Of a stretch of DNA of 19,935 nt, positions 8,043-17,787 are shown one piece after another. Both the position numbers and the translations under genes were made by a program. This DNA is from Phycisphaerales bacterium. GTDB taxonomy: Bacteria; Planctomycetota; Phycisphaerae; WQYP01. Under the pieces are notes generated by a model. That model ran no database searches, was not told the origin of the DNA, and worked only from the letters and a program-made list of their open reading frames with translations. The number at the start of each line of letters is the position of its first letter. The stretch's first letter is position 1. The DNA lies in the NCBI GenBank assembly GCA_027451365.1, contig DAIDJN010000001.1, positions 1 through 19,935 on the forward strand. The letters run 5' to 3'.

Positions 8043-8549
8043 TCAGACCCGATAATTGCTGACGACTGACGGGGTGGTGGCTAAAATCTGGCGTGTTGTT
8101 TCCCTGGCCTCAATTTCCAAAGGAGCCGCATTGTACCCAAAGTCCAGGCACTGCTGAATGTACGTGGAAATATAATGATCAATACCGGCCAATCTTTCAG
8201 ATTGTGCCGAGTGCACAAAATGGTGCACCATAACGCCGCGATCGTGACGGCTGCTTTTACAGACATAAATGCCATACCCGAGCGTCATGGCGGCACTGGT
8301 GGGTCGAATGATTTCCAGAGCTGGCAGTACCCGGCGCAATAACCCTATACTGGTCAATCGAAGGCGATCAACCAGCAAAAGACGCACGCGATCCGGATGC
8401 CGCACGCCAGCCAGGCGGGCATCCTGAGTTTCGTATTCCGTTAAAGGAACACCCTTGTCAAGAATTGTCTTTTCCTCGTGCAGACACCATTCGCGCAAGG
8501 CCGGCATGATCAACGGAAGCGCCATTTTTATTTCCTGAACACAGTCCAT
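8043..8549 (-). CDS. DUF4157-like zinc-metallopeptidase-fold protein with HHFVH in place of HExxH, 168 aa
   Basis: AMTLGYGIYV..DRGVMVHHFVHSAQSERL..Y..APLEIEAR pattern. GGAG RBS before ATG 8549. Confidence 0.65.
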   Translation of the reverse strand: MDCVQEIKMALPLIMPALREWCLHEEKTILDKGVPLTEYETQDARLAGVRHPDRVRLLLVDRLRLTSIGLLRRVLPALEIIRPTSAAMTLGYGIYVCKSSRHDRGVMVHHFVHSAQSERLAGIDHYISTYIQQCLDFGYNAAPLEIEARETTRQILATTPSVVSNYRV

Positions 8550-8973
8550 GAGTCTCTCCAGGCTGCCATATAATGCGGGTAACATTGATACAATTCGGCG
8601 GTCAGTTATCGCGGGCGACAGTCGCACTGTTTTGGCTAATTTTTTAGAGCAAAACGCGATGAACCGCATTGCCAAAGCGTGTTCTGATCCGGCATTATGC
8701 ATTTAGATTTTAGACGCAATCGCGGCGAATACTGATCGTAAAACGACGCGGAGCAAACAATCACTCAGAATTTATATCGACATTTATTTGCCACAAATTT
8801 TAGACTGAAATTTCCGGCCGACTAATGACGGGCTGGCTTTTTGCCGATATGGGGCAATATCAAACAAAGGTCATATATTTATAGGATGTTGCCGCGATTT
8901 TTTCGCCGCCGGTCACGCCCCGATCGGGCCAATCGTCCGATCTGACACGACTTGGCCGGAGGACTTGGCTCTG

Positions 8974-9315
8974 TTACGGAGCATCTTTACCCTGGGCCGC
9001 AACTTCGCGGTTGATCAGCTTGCAAACCAGTTGCTGTGTCAGCGCCAGTTCGCGGCGGTTTCTGAAATACAAATCGAATGTCAGAGCCTGGGCGATCAGT
9101 AAAAGATTAAGCAAAGGAATAATTGGCGAGTTGTTGGCATTCTCCATGTCAAAGAACGCCAATACCGCCATTATTAGAACCACCAGCGACACGCGAAAGA
9201 ACAGGTTCTGGTTGGAAATCTGCCCCGGTGTGGGCCACGCCCGCCGCTGGCATTCCGCGATAACGGCCGCGTCGGTGGCGTCCAGGGAAACCAGGTGGAT
9301 GGTTTTCGAACCCAT
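8974..9315 (-). CDS. Small hypothetical membrane protein (2 predicted TM helices), 113 aa
   Basis: AAGGAG RBS 7 nt before ATG 9315. Hydrophobic segments VSLVVLIMAVLAFF and IIPLLNLLLIAQALTF. Confidence 0.6.
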   Translation of the reverse strand: MGSKTIHLVSLDATDAAVIAECQRRAWPTPGQISNQNLFFRVSLVVLIMAVLAFFDMENANNSPIIPLLNLLLIAQALTFDLYFRNRRELALTQQLVCKLINREVAAQGKDAP

Positions 9316-9411
9316 GACCGGACTCCTTGTTATTTGTTGTGTGCCGAAACTGTTCATTATTTTAAGAATGCGAAGAGGTGCCATTTCATGAATCGCACCG
9401 GTTCGTGTCTT

Positions 9412-9924
9412 TCAGTGCCATGCACCGTGGCCCTGGTCTATCGCCCATGAGTAAAGCATGACAGAGGATGGCTCGCCGCCGACGAGTTTAATCATGCTGT
9501 TCAACTGGCCGCGATGGTAGCTTGCGTGATCCGCGACGTGGAGCATGGCCGCACCTGTCGCAACTTCATAGCGTTTGCCGAGGCGGGTTTCGGTAAGAAT
9601 AACCGCACCGAGCGAGTCGCGGGTTTGCTGGCGGGAAAAAGCAAGCAGCTTTTCATGAATGGCTTTCCATTCTGCTTTAACCTGGTTTGGCGGAATTGCG
9701 GCCGGGTCGCGAAAAGCGGATGCCTGGTTTTGCATCCGCAAAAGCCACAAACGCTGGGCCTCCATGCAATGAACCATTTGTTTATGAATCGAACCCATAG
9801 AGATGCCCATTTCGCGATGGTAGCCTTCGTCAGGAAGCCCGGCGACCGCCTGAAGAATTTCGCCGTCCGCCGCCACCATGTATTGCCAGAGTAAATGAAT
9901 GGTTTGAGGGTCAAATATATTCAT
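9412..9924 (-). CDS. DinB/YfiT-family protein, 170 aa
   Basis: GSIHKQMVHCMEAQRLWLLRM and LHVADHASYHRGQLNSMIKLVG carry the conserved His triad pattern. Confidence 0.88.
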   Translation of the reverse strand: MNIFDPQTIHLLWQYMVAADGEILQAVAGLPDEGYHREMGISMGSIHKQMVHCMEAQRLWLLRMQNQASAFRDPAAIPPNQVKAEWKAIHEKLLAFSRQQTRDSLGAVILTETRLGKRYEVATGAAMLHVADHASYHRGQLNSMIKLVGGEPSSVMLYSWAIDQGHGAWH

Positions 9925-10323
9925 ATTCGTACCGCATATTATTGATGGGGCATCGGCGAAATGCAAATACTTGGCAATTTATTCATTCAATAAGAGAGAT
10001 GTTGCGCGCGTGGTGCGGTTATATGGGAAAGGTCCAACTTCTATCTTGACCTTTGCAGTTAATGCGCTGTTGGAGGGCAATTCATGATCCGTCTTAAAAG
10101 ACCTCCGTTTGCCAAGCGGCTGTTGGCGCAATACCCAGCGGCATACGCAAATCCAGCGAATGGCGTTGGTGTTCCATTTCGTTAACAGTCGGGCAGGTTG
10201 TGGCTGAATGCCCGCCCGCCAGCATGGAAACGACGCGACACGCTTGCCCGCTGTCCAATTCTCAGCTGCGCCGTTATGATGCGGATCGATATTATCATGG
10301 TATGTTGCGGAGCAATATCTGAC

Positions 10324-11046
10324 ATGGCGGGTCATTCGCACTGGAAATCAATCAAGCACAAAAAGGCCGTGGTGGATGCTCGCCGCGGGAAGGTCTGGAG
10401 CAAACTGGCGCGGTTGATCATCATCGCGGCCAAACGCGGGGGAAATCCGGATGACAATCTGGCGTTGCGCTACGCCATTGAAAAGGCCCGCGCCGCCAAC
10501 ATGCCCAATGACACCATTGATAAAGCCGTCAAGAAAGGCACCGGCGAACTGGCCGGCCACAATTACGAAAGCGTGCTGTATGAGGGCTACGGCCCCGGCG
10601 GCGTGGCGATTTTAGTTGACGCCCTTACGGATAATCGCAATCGTACGGCGGGTGAAATCCGCGTTATTTTTGACCGTGCCGGCGGCGCACTGGGTGCGGC
10701 CAATTCAGTGGGATGGATGTTTTCCACGCAAGGGATTATTGCCATTGAACGGGCGGCCATTACTGAAGATGCCCTTCTGGAAATGGCCCTGGAAGCCGGC
10801 GCCAGCGATGTGGTTTCCGCACCGGAAGGGTATACAGTTCAAACCACGCTGGCAGAATATGAAAAAGTCCGCAAGGCCATTGAACAGGCTAAAATCCCCA
10901 TGGTTTCGGCGGAAATTACGCTTGTTCCAGGCCAGACGATTCCCATGTCCGGAGAAATCACACAAACCATTCAGGCCCTGATTGACGCACTGGAAGAACA
11001 TGACGACGTGCAGAATGTTTACACCAATGCGCAGTGGGAGGAATAA
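10324..11046 (+). CDS. yebC: YebC/PmpR family protein, 240 aa
   Basis: MAGHSHWKSIKHKK, YEGYGPGGVA, TDNRNRT and LEEHDDVQNVYTN. GGAG upstream of ATG 10324. Confidence 0.96.
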   Translation: MAGHSHWKSIKHKKAVVDARRGKVWSKLARLIIIAAKRGGNPDDNLALRYAIEKARAANMPNDTIDKAVKKGTGELAGHNYESVLYEGYGPGGVAILVDALTDNRNRTAGEIRVIFDRAGGALGAANSVGWMFSTQGIIAIERAAITEDALLEMALEAGASDVVSAPEGYTVQTTLAEYEKVRKAIEQAKIPMVSAEITLVPGQTIPMSGEITQTIQALIDALEEHDDVQNVYTNAQWEE

Positions 11047-11183
11047 CCGCGCCACAAGTTGGAACGAGGGTAGCAGTTGAACGGCACATCTGGGGGAAAA
11101 ATGTGAAACGCCGGTTGCAGGCGGCGGCCATCCCTTTTTTTTAAACTCCAGCGAGCCGCGGTGCCTTGTGATTGCACGCGATT

Positions 11184-11206
11184 GGCGGGCGAGACGCCCG
11201 CCCCCC
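11184..11206 (+). repeat. REP-like palindrome copy 2 (ggcgggcg-aga-cgcccgcc-cccc)
   Basis: 8-bp perfect stem, 3-nt loop, C tail. Confidence 0.75.
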
Positions 11207-11207
11207 G

Positions 11208-11256
11208 TGCTGTATGCTGTATGGGGCATGCCGCATGCTGCGGGCTGCATGCTGCG
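11208..11256 (+). repeat. Degenerate heptamer tandem array, 7 units, consensus TGCTGYR
   Basis: tgctgta tgctgta tggggca tgccgca tgctgcg ggctgca tgctgcg. Confidence 0.8.
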
Positions 11257-11338
11257 GGGAATGTTCCACTTTTATCTGGCGCGATTGCGGCTTGGTCTTC
11301 CACCACAAGGCTGGGGCAGAACCGGCGCGTGTTGACAT

Positions 11339-11408
11339 AAAAAAACCGCCGCCAACGGCTGAACCGAAGCATGGCTGACTGCTTTGGTTCCCAACCGTTG
11401 GGGCGGTT
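11339..11408 (-). terminator. Long imperfect hairpin with U-tract downstream of fusA (probable intrinsic terminator)
   Basis: aaccgcc-g-ccaacgg-ct-gaaccgaagca pairs with tgctttggttc-ccaa-ccgttgg-ggcggtt. A7 at 11339-11345 is a U-tract on the minus strand. The hairpin starts 35 nt after the fusA stop. Confidence 0.6.
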
Positions 11409-11443
11409 GATAACTTCCAAATTGAATGTGGCCGTTTTAAGCC

Positions 11444-13555
11444 TTATTTCAGGCTGGCCAGGATTTCATCCTTCACATGATTGGGCACCTGGGCATAGCT
11501 GTGCGGTTCCATGGTGTAATTCGCACGGCCCTGCGTAAGCGACCGCAAAATGGTCGAATAGCCGAACATGCTGGCCAGTGGCACGGTGGCGTCAATAATC
11601 TGGGTATTGCCGCGGGTTTCGGTGTTTTCGATCATGGCGCGGCGGCTGCTGATATCGCCCTGCACGGGGCCGGCGAATTCAACGGGCGTGGTTACCTGAA
11701 GCTTCATGATTGGTTCCAGCAGAACCGGGCCGGCCTTTTTGCAGGCGGCCTGCATCGCGAGAATACCGGCCTGTTCAAAGGCGATCTGCGAGGAGTCCAC
11801 ATCATGGTAGCTGCCGTCAAACAGCATGACCTTCATATTCAACATCGGGAAGCCGCCCAGCACGCCGGATTTCGCGGCCTGCCGCACACCATATTCGACC
11901 GAGGGGATGTATTCTCTGGGGATCGCGCCACCCTTGATTTCATTGACAAACAGAAGCGTATCTTCTGAATCATCACCCTCGACCGGGGTGTAGGGTTCGA
12001 GCTTGATCCAGCAATCGCCATACTGGCCACGACCACCAGACTGTTTGACGTGCTTACCCTGGGCCTCGCCGAGTTTAGTAATGGTTTCCTTGTAGGCGAC
12101 CTTGGGTTTGCCCACCATCACGTCGACCTTCATATCGCGTTTGAGTTTATTGGCGATGATTTCCAGATGCAATTCGCCCATGCCGTGAATAATGGTCTGA
12201 CCGGTTTCCGGGTCAAAGTTGCTACGGAAAGTCGGGTCTTCGCGACGCAGGGTGGTAAGCGCTTCGCCCAGCTTGTTCTTATCATTGGCGCTTTTGGGTT
12301 CAATGGACATGCTGATGACCGGTTCCGGGAACTCCATTTTTTCCATCAGAATCGGATGGTCCGGATCGCAGATTGTATCTCCGGTCAGGCTGTATTTAAA
12401 ACCAACCACGCCGACGATATCACCGGCCTCGGCGTATTCACGCTGATGGCGGTCCGCGGCGTGCATTTCCCAGATACGCGACGCGATTTCGCGTTTGTCG
12501 CGAGTGGAATTGATGATACGCGCGCCGGATTCAAGCTTGCCGGAATAGACACGTACATAGCTAAGATCGCCATGCTGGTCGCTGACAATTTTGAACACAA
12601 TGCCGCAGAACGGTTCGTTGATGTCGCTCTTGCGGACAATTTCCTTGTTCTTGTCGCGCGGGTCATGCCCGACGACAATCGGTTTGTCCATTGGACTGGG
12701 CAGGTAATACACAACCGCGTTGAGCAGCAACTGCACACCTTTGTATTTTAAGGCCGACCCGCACAAAACTGGATTGATCTGCGCGGCAATTGTGCCTTTA
12801 CGCAGGGCAGCCTTGATTTCATCGTTGCTGATGGGCTGATCGGAAAGATATTTTTCCATCAGGGCGTCATCACATTCCGAAGCTTTTTCAACCATATAAG
12901 CGCGAGCCTGATCGGCCTTGGCTTTGTGGTCCGCGGGGATCGGTATTTCGCCCCAGTTGCGGCCCTTGCTGTCCTCTTCCCACTGATAGCCTTTCATTTC
13001 CAGCAGATCAATGACGCCGGCGAAATTTTCCGCGGCACCGATCGGGATCTGTATAGGCACAGGCGAAGCGCCCAGACGATCATGAATGGTACGTACGCAG
13101 AATTCAAAATCCGCTCCAACCTTGTCCATTTTGTTGATAAAACAAAGGCGCGGAACCTTGTACTTGGTGGCCTGCCGCCAGACGGTTTCGGACTGAGCCT
13201 CAACACCTTCGCGGCCATCAAACACAGCCACCGCGCCATCCAGAACGCGCAGGGAACGTTCGACTTCCACAGTGAAGTCCACGTGGCCTGGAGTATCGAT
13301 CAGGTTGATAATATATTCTTCGCCGGTTTCCAAACCGTTCAAGCGCCATGGGCAGGTGGTGGCGGCGGCGGTAATGGTAATACCGCGTTCCTGCTCTTCC
13401 TGCAGATGATCCATGACGGCGGTGCCTTCGTGCACTTCACCAATTTTGTGGGTTTTGCCGGTGTAATAAAGGACCCGTTCAGATACGGTGGTTTTACCGG
13501 CGTCAATATGCGCCGCAATGCCGATGTTCCGGAACTTGGTTAAATCGCGTGACAT
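11444..13555 (-). CDS. fusA: Translation elongation factor G, 703 aa
   Basis: AHIDAGKTT, ERGITI, DTPGHVDF, NKMDK, GMGELHLE, KQSGGRGQYG, DGSYHDVDSS and LRSLTQGRA. GAGG RBS. Confidence 0.98.
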   Translation of the reverse strand: MSRDLTKFRNIGIAAHIDAGKTTVSERVLYYTGKTHKIGEVHEGTAVMDHLQEEQERGITITAAATTCPWRLNGLETGEEYIINLIDTPGHVDFTVEVERSLRVLDGAVAVFDGREGVEAQSETVWRQATKYKVPRLCFINKMDKVGADFEFCVRTIHDRLGASPVPIQIPIGAAENFAGVIDLLEMKGYQWEEDSKGRNWGEIPIPADHKAKADQARAYMVEKASECDDALMEKYLSDQPISNDEIKAALRKGTIAAQINPVLCGSALKYKGVQLLLNAVVYYLPSPMDKPIVVGHDPRDKNKEIVRKSDINEPFCGIVFKIVSDQHGDLSYVRVYSGKLESGARIINSTRDKREIASRIWEMHAADRHQREYAEAGDIVGVVGFKYSLTGDTICDPDHPILMEKMEFPEPVISMSIEPKSANDKNKLGEALTTLRREDPTFRSNFDPETGQTIIHGMGELHLEIIANKLKRDMKVDVMVGKPKVAYKETITKLGEAQGKHVKQSGGRGQYGDCWIKLEPYTPVEGDDSEDTLLFVNEIKGGAIPREYIPSVEYGVRQAAKSGVLGGFPMLNMKVMLFDGSYHDVDSSQIAFEQAGILAMQAACKKAGPVLLEPIMKLQVTTPVEFAGPVQGDISSRRAMIENTETRGNTQIIDATVPLASMFGYSTILRSLTQGRANYTMEPHSYAQVPNHVKDEILASLK

Positions 13556-14077
13556 TTGGAATTACCTCTTAAAAAAAACTACCTGCCTGCCGTCCGCCGC
13601 CCGTTGACACCGGGTCCGTCCCGATTTCGGCGGCCTGTTAAAATCAAGATGCCCACCAGAAGCGTCCTGGAAACGGCTACACAGCCGACCAAAGGGGCGT
13701 TTCTCGCGGGCACCGGTTAAAAGCGTTGACACTTCGCCGCACCGTGCCGATGTCTTCACCCATGCCAGGGCTAACATCAGCACCGGCATGGGCCTAGAAA
13801 ATATCGATGAGCAATTTCACTTTCCAAGTCCTTAAGTCGCACGGCTTTCCGGCGTTTGCCGGTTCCGGCGATATTTCTTAGTATCGTAAGGCCTTACGGG
13901 CCAGCCGCCCCCAAAGGCAACCAATTCACCCGGGCCAATAATTATAGCGGTTGCGGCCAAGGCTATGCAAGCGGCCAAAAAATCGCTGTTGCGAAAGCCG
14001 ATGCGGCTGGGGACGGGAACCGGCAGGAGATGGGAGTTGGCCGTTGGGCGACACGCGGGCGGTCCTTGCGCAATCCA

Positions 14078-14100
14078 GGCGGGCGGGACGCCCGCCCCCC
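14078..14100 (+). repeat. REP-like palindrome copy 3 (ggcgggcg-gga-cgcccgcc-cccc)
   Basis: 8-bp perfect stem, 3-nt loop, C tail. Same orientation as copies 1 and 2. Confidence 0.75.
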
Positions 14101-14235
14101 AGGGTTTGCCGCAGATGCAACTCGATGGCGGTGGCTTTTTTTAAGACTCAAGCGACCGTGGGCTGGTTTTGCTTCTAAAGCTCCATTACCATACCGAACT
14201 GGTAATAAAAGTCGCTTAAGGAGCGTATATCTATC

Positions 14236-15747
14236 ATGGCAAACACGAAATCATTGGCGAATGTCGGTCTTATTGGTCTGGCGGTCATGGGCAAAAACCT
14301 GGCGTTGAACATTGCCGATCATGGTTTTGGCATCGCCGTATATAATCGCACGGGCACAGTCACGCAGGAATTCATAAAAGAGAATCCTTCCACACCCGGT
14401 AAACTGATCGGATGTGAAAATTTAGGTCAGTTCATTGCGGCCATTAAAAAACCACGCGTCATCATTATTCTGGTGAAAGCTGGTCCGGCGGTGGAAGCCG
14501 TGGTAGACCAGCTTCTGGCGGCCGGCCTGGAAAAAGATGACATTGTTGTGGATGCGGGCAATAGCAACTGGAATGACACCATTCGTCGTGAAAAGCAATA
14601 TACGGATCGTCTGAAATTTTTCGGGTCCGGCGTTTCCGGTGGCGAACTGGGCGCACGTTTCGGCCCATCACTTATGCCCGGCGGCGACCCGGGATCCTGG
14701 AAACATCTTCAGCCGATCTGGGAAGCCATTGCGGCCAAAGTGGACCCCGCCACCGGCCGCCCGCTGCCCGGTGCGGCGGCGGGCAAACCGGTTGTCGGTG
14801 GCGTACCGTGCACCGCGTATATTGGCCCTAACGGTGCCGGCCATTATGTGAAAATGGTGCACAACGGCATTGAATATATTGATATGCAACTCATCAGCGA
14901 GGCCTATTTCCTGCTGCGGCAATTGCTGGCGCTGGAACCGGCGGCACTGGCCGATATTTTCCAGCAATGGAATCTGGGCAAGCTGGATTCGTATCTGATC
15001 GAAATTACCGCCGATATTCTTCGGCAGCGCGACCCGGCCAAACCGCGGAAATTTCTTGTGGACAGCATTCTTGACGCTGCGGGCCAGAAGGGCACCGGAA
15101 AATGGACTGCCGGCAACGCGCTGGATATGGGCATTCCCGCCAATTCCATTGCAGAGGCGGTATTCGCCCGCTGTATGAGCGCCATAAAAGATGAACGCAC
15201 CGCCGCGGCAAAGAAGCTGAAAGGCCCGAAGATTTCCGGCGTAAAAGGCCCCAAGGCGATGATCGAAGCGATCCGTCAGGCACTGTATTGTTCGAAAATT
15301 TGCGCCTACGCCCAGGGCTTTCAGTTGATGCGCGAAGCACAGAAGGAATACCAGTGGAAGCTTGATTTCGGGTCGATCGCCGGCATGTGGCGCGGCGGCT
15401 GCATTATTCGCGCCCAATTCCTGCAAAAAATCACTGAGGCCTATCAGAAAGATCCCGCCCTGGTGAATCTGCTTATGGACCCGTATTTCCGCAAGGAAAT
15501 TCTGGCCGGGCAGGATCAGTGGCGGCAGGTGGTTGCGCTGGCCGCTAAAAATGGTATTCCGGCACCGGCGTTTATGTCCGCATTGGCCTATTTTGATTCA
15601 TACCGGTCCGCGATTTTGCCGGCTAATCTCATTCAGGCCCAGCGCGATTACTTTGGTGCGCATACCTATGAACGGGTAGACCAGCCTCGCGGCAAATTCT
15701 TCCATGTGGACTGGCCGCAGGAAGGACGTCCGCAACTTGATGCCTGA
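14236..15747 (+). CDS. gnd: 6-phosphogluconate dehydrogenase, decarboxylating, NADP-dependent, 503 aa
   Basis: [55 protein letters not shown] and [23 protein letters not shown]. Confidence 0.98.
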   Translation: MANTKSLANVGLIGLAVMGKNLALNIADHGFGIAVYNRTGTVTQEFIKENPSTPGKLIGCENLGQFIAAIKKPRVIIILVKAGPAVEAVVDQLLAAGLEKDDIVVDAGNSNWNDTIRREKQYTDRLKFFGSGVSGGELGARFGPSLMPGGDPGSWKHLQPIWEAIAAKVDPATGRPLPGAAAGKPVVGGVPCTAYIGPNGAGHYVKMVHNGIEYIDMQLISEAYFLLRQLLALEPAALADIFQQWNLGKLDSYLIEITADILRQRDPAKPRKFLVDSILDAAGQKGTGKWTAGNALDMGIPANSIAEAVFARCMSAIKDERTAAAKKLKGPKISGVKGPKAMIEAIRQALYCSKICAYAQGFQLMREAQKEYQWKLDFGSIAGMWRGGCIIRAQFLQKITEAYQKDPALVNLLMDPYFRKEILAGQDQWRQVVALAAKNGIPAPAFMSALAYFDSYRSAILPANLIQAQRDYFGAHTYERVDQPRGKFFHVDWPQEGRPQLDA

Positions 15748-15786
15748 CGGCCTGGGTCCGGCATTGCCGCGGGCCGGTGATGACGG

Positions 15787-17625
15787 TTATTGACTGGCAG
15801 ACGGGTCCGTCGCGTCGGCACGGGAATGTGCAGCAAATCGGGCAGCGGGAACAAGCCGAACGCGATCCACATCCAGCAAAGTGCCGTTGGCGGCCTGAAG
15901 CGCGGCGATTGCGGAATTGTAGTTGACGATCGCCTGAATACGGGCAATATTCGCCGCCGCAAGGTTCTGCTGCGCAGTCAGTTTGAGATTTAAGAAGGTT
16001 GGAGTGAGGCTTGCACCGAATCGCTGTTGAACATTAAGTGCGGCAACAACCCTGGCGGCGGCCTTGGCGGCAACGGTTTGAGCCTTCGCCTGCTGATAGC
16101 TGGAAAGCAGTGCGCGCAATTCAATTTTCACCTGCAAAATAATATTCTGTGCGTCCAGCAGCATTTGCGTTAAGGCTTGCCGCCGCAGCAAATGCTGTTC
16201 TTCCAGGCCAGCGCGTGCGGCGCGGTTACCAATTGGAAAAGAGACGTTGATTCCCGCGCTGTAATTAAAATAGCGAGCGGGACTGACGGTCTGATTAAAC
16301 GCATCGCCAAATTCATTGGACAAGCCATTGGACTGTGTGGAAAGCGTCAGGTCCGCCTGCGGAAGAAGCGCGTTGGTCGCCACGCGCACATTGATATCCG
16401 CAGCGCGCAATTTCAAGCGGTCTTCCGCCATCACGCTGCGCTGCCGCAACGCGGTGGCAATCTGGTCGGCCACATTGAACATAAACGGCTCGATCACCGG
16501 CCTGTCGGCGGGCAGAATCAGAAGATTTCCACTCATATTCAGAGATGGACTATTGATCATATTTTTCAGTTGATCTGAGGCATTGCGCAAATTGGCCTGC
16601 GCGGCAATTACCGCGGCCTGATTCTGTGCAACCGCCGCTCGCGCCTGGGCAACCTGCACCGATGAAGCGTCAAAAATACCCCGCTTTTTGACGTCCGCCA
16701 GTGTCACTTTTGACCAGCCCAGGAGTTGCCTCTGAACCGCGAGCGTTCGGTCGGCGGCGATTAACTGGTAGTAACCAGTCTGCACATTTTTCACCACCGC
16801 CATCACCTGGCTGCGAAAAAGGGCCAGGGCAATGCGCTGGTTGGTCTGGGCGATGTAAATTCCAGATCTTGCCACATCCGCTCCGAACCCTTTAAGCAGC
16901 GGTTGGGAGAGCGTCAGATTCACAAAAGCGGCGTTGGATGGATTAATGCTGGGCTGAAATCCAGGTGATGTGGCCTGGTTGAGAAAGTCATTTCCAGCGC
17001 TGATTTGCGCTGTGCCACCCCAACCCAGCAGCTTTTGCACCCCGGCCTGATTGTCCCAGCCCACCTGATTGGTCTGTCCGGGCGTACCGACCGGGCCATG
17101 GGCGTTGAAGCTCGTAGGCTGATCTGTGCTGACCAACTGGCTGGAACCGAATACGGTGGCATCAAATGCCGCACGGGCCGCGATTAACTGTGTCCGCGAA
17201 ATCGCCGGATTATACGCCACCACCTTAATGGCCAGCGAGCGGTGCATGGCCATAGCCAGGACCTGCTGAAGCGACAGCCGCACAGTTGGTTCAGCACCAT
17301 AAAGAGCCGCCGCCCGGCGTCCGTACGCGTGGCCCGCCGGCGCCACAATATGCGAACCGGCGGGGATCAGGGTGTCACCCTTCGGCTCAGTGGCGGGAAC
17401 CCGGTCACTGGCATAGCCAAATTCATGCACACCCTGATTCACCGGCATGGAACTGTGTTGCAGATTGGTCAACCGCCCGTCGGCTACAGCACGGGTTAAA
17501 ACTGAGCGTGCATACATGTCCCAGCTTTGTTCGCGGCTGGATTCAGAAAATGGAGACTGGCATCCGGCAAGCACCAGCATCGTGGCGGCGACCAGAATTC
17601 CGAGCGGCGGACGTTTTGTCGGCAC
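15787..17625 (-). CDS. TolC-family outer-membrane efflux protein (lipoprotein signal), 612 aa
   Basis: GGAGG 6 nt before GTG 17625 and lipobox LAGC. Motifs LSLQQVLAMAMHRSLAI, LTLSQPLLKGFG, NALLPQADL, GINVSFPIGNRAARA and YNSAIAALQAANGTLL (two OEP repeats). Confidence 0.88.
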   Translation of the reverse strand: MPTKRPPLGILVAATMLVLAGCQSPFSESSREQSWDMYARSVLTRAVADGRLTNLQHSSMPVNQGVHEFGYASDRVPATEPKGDTLIPAGSHIVAPAGHAYGRRAAALYGAEPTVRLSLQQVLAMAMHRSLAIKVVAYNPAISRTQLIAARAAFDATVFGSSQLVSTDQPTSFNAHGPVGTPGQTNQVGWDNQAGVQKLLGWGGTAQISAGNDFLNQATSPGFQPSINPSNAAFVNLTLSQPLLKGFGADVARSGIYIAQTNQRIALALFRSQVMAVVKNVQTGYYQLIAADRTLAVQRQLLGWSKVTLADVKKRGIFDASSVQVAQARAAVAQNQAAVIAAQANLRNASDQLKNMINSPSLNMSGNLLILPADRPVIEPFMFNVADQIATALRQRSVMAEDRLKLRAADINVRVATNALLPQADLTLSTQSNGLSNEFGDAFNQTVSPARYFNYSAGINVSFPIGNRAARAGLEEQHLLRRQALTQMLLDAQNIILQVKIELRALLSSYQQAKAQTVAAKAAARVVAALNVQQRFGASLTPTFLNLKLTAQQNLAAANIARIQAIVNYNSAIAALQAANGTLLDVDRVRLVPAARFAAHSRADATDPSASQ

Positions 17626-17787
17626 GATGAACCTCCGGGGCGCGACACCCAGGCTGCCTAACACATCAACTAATATACATTTATAACGCATAACCGTCCG
17701 CCGCCATGAAAACACCGCGATTGTACGGATGACCCAATGCACAAGTCAAAAGCGCAGTGCACAATAATCAAATCAGCCATCGAACCG

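Noticed and set aside
9979..10341. 120-aa minus-strand ORF and the upstream extension of yebC from 10198
   Set aside because: No recognisable motifs. It overlaps the yebC start and the divergent promoter region, and YebC begins at the conserved MAGHS.
11477..13543. Long antisense ORFs opposite fusA (similar ones lie opposite gnd, TolC, the esterase and DUF4139)
   Set aside because: Expected shadow ORFs from codon bias in GC-rich genes, with no protein motifs.
14740..14810. Insertion [20 protein letters not shown] in Gnd as an intein or mobile insert
   Set aside because: It is a short in-frame loop with no intein motifs or flanking repeats, most likely a lineage-specific loop.
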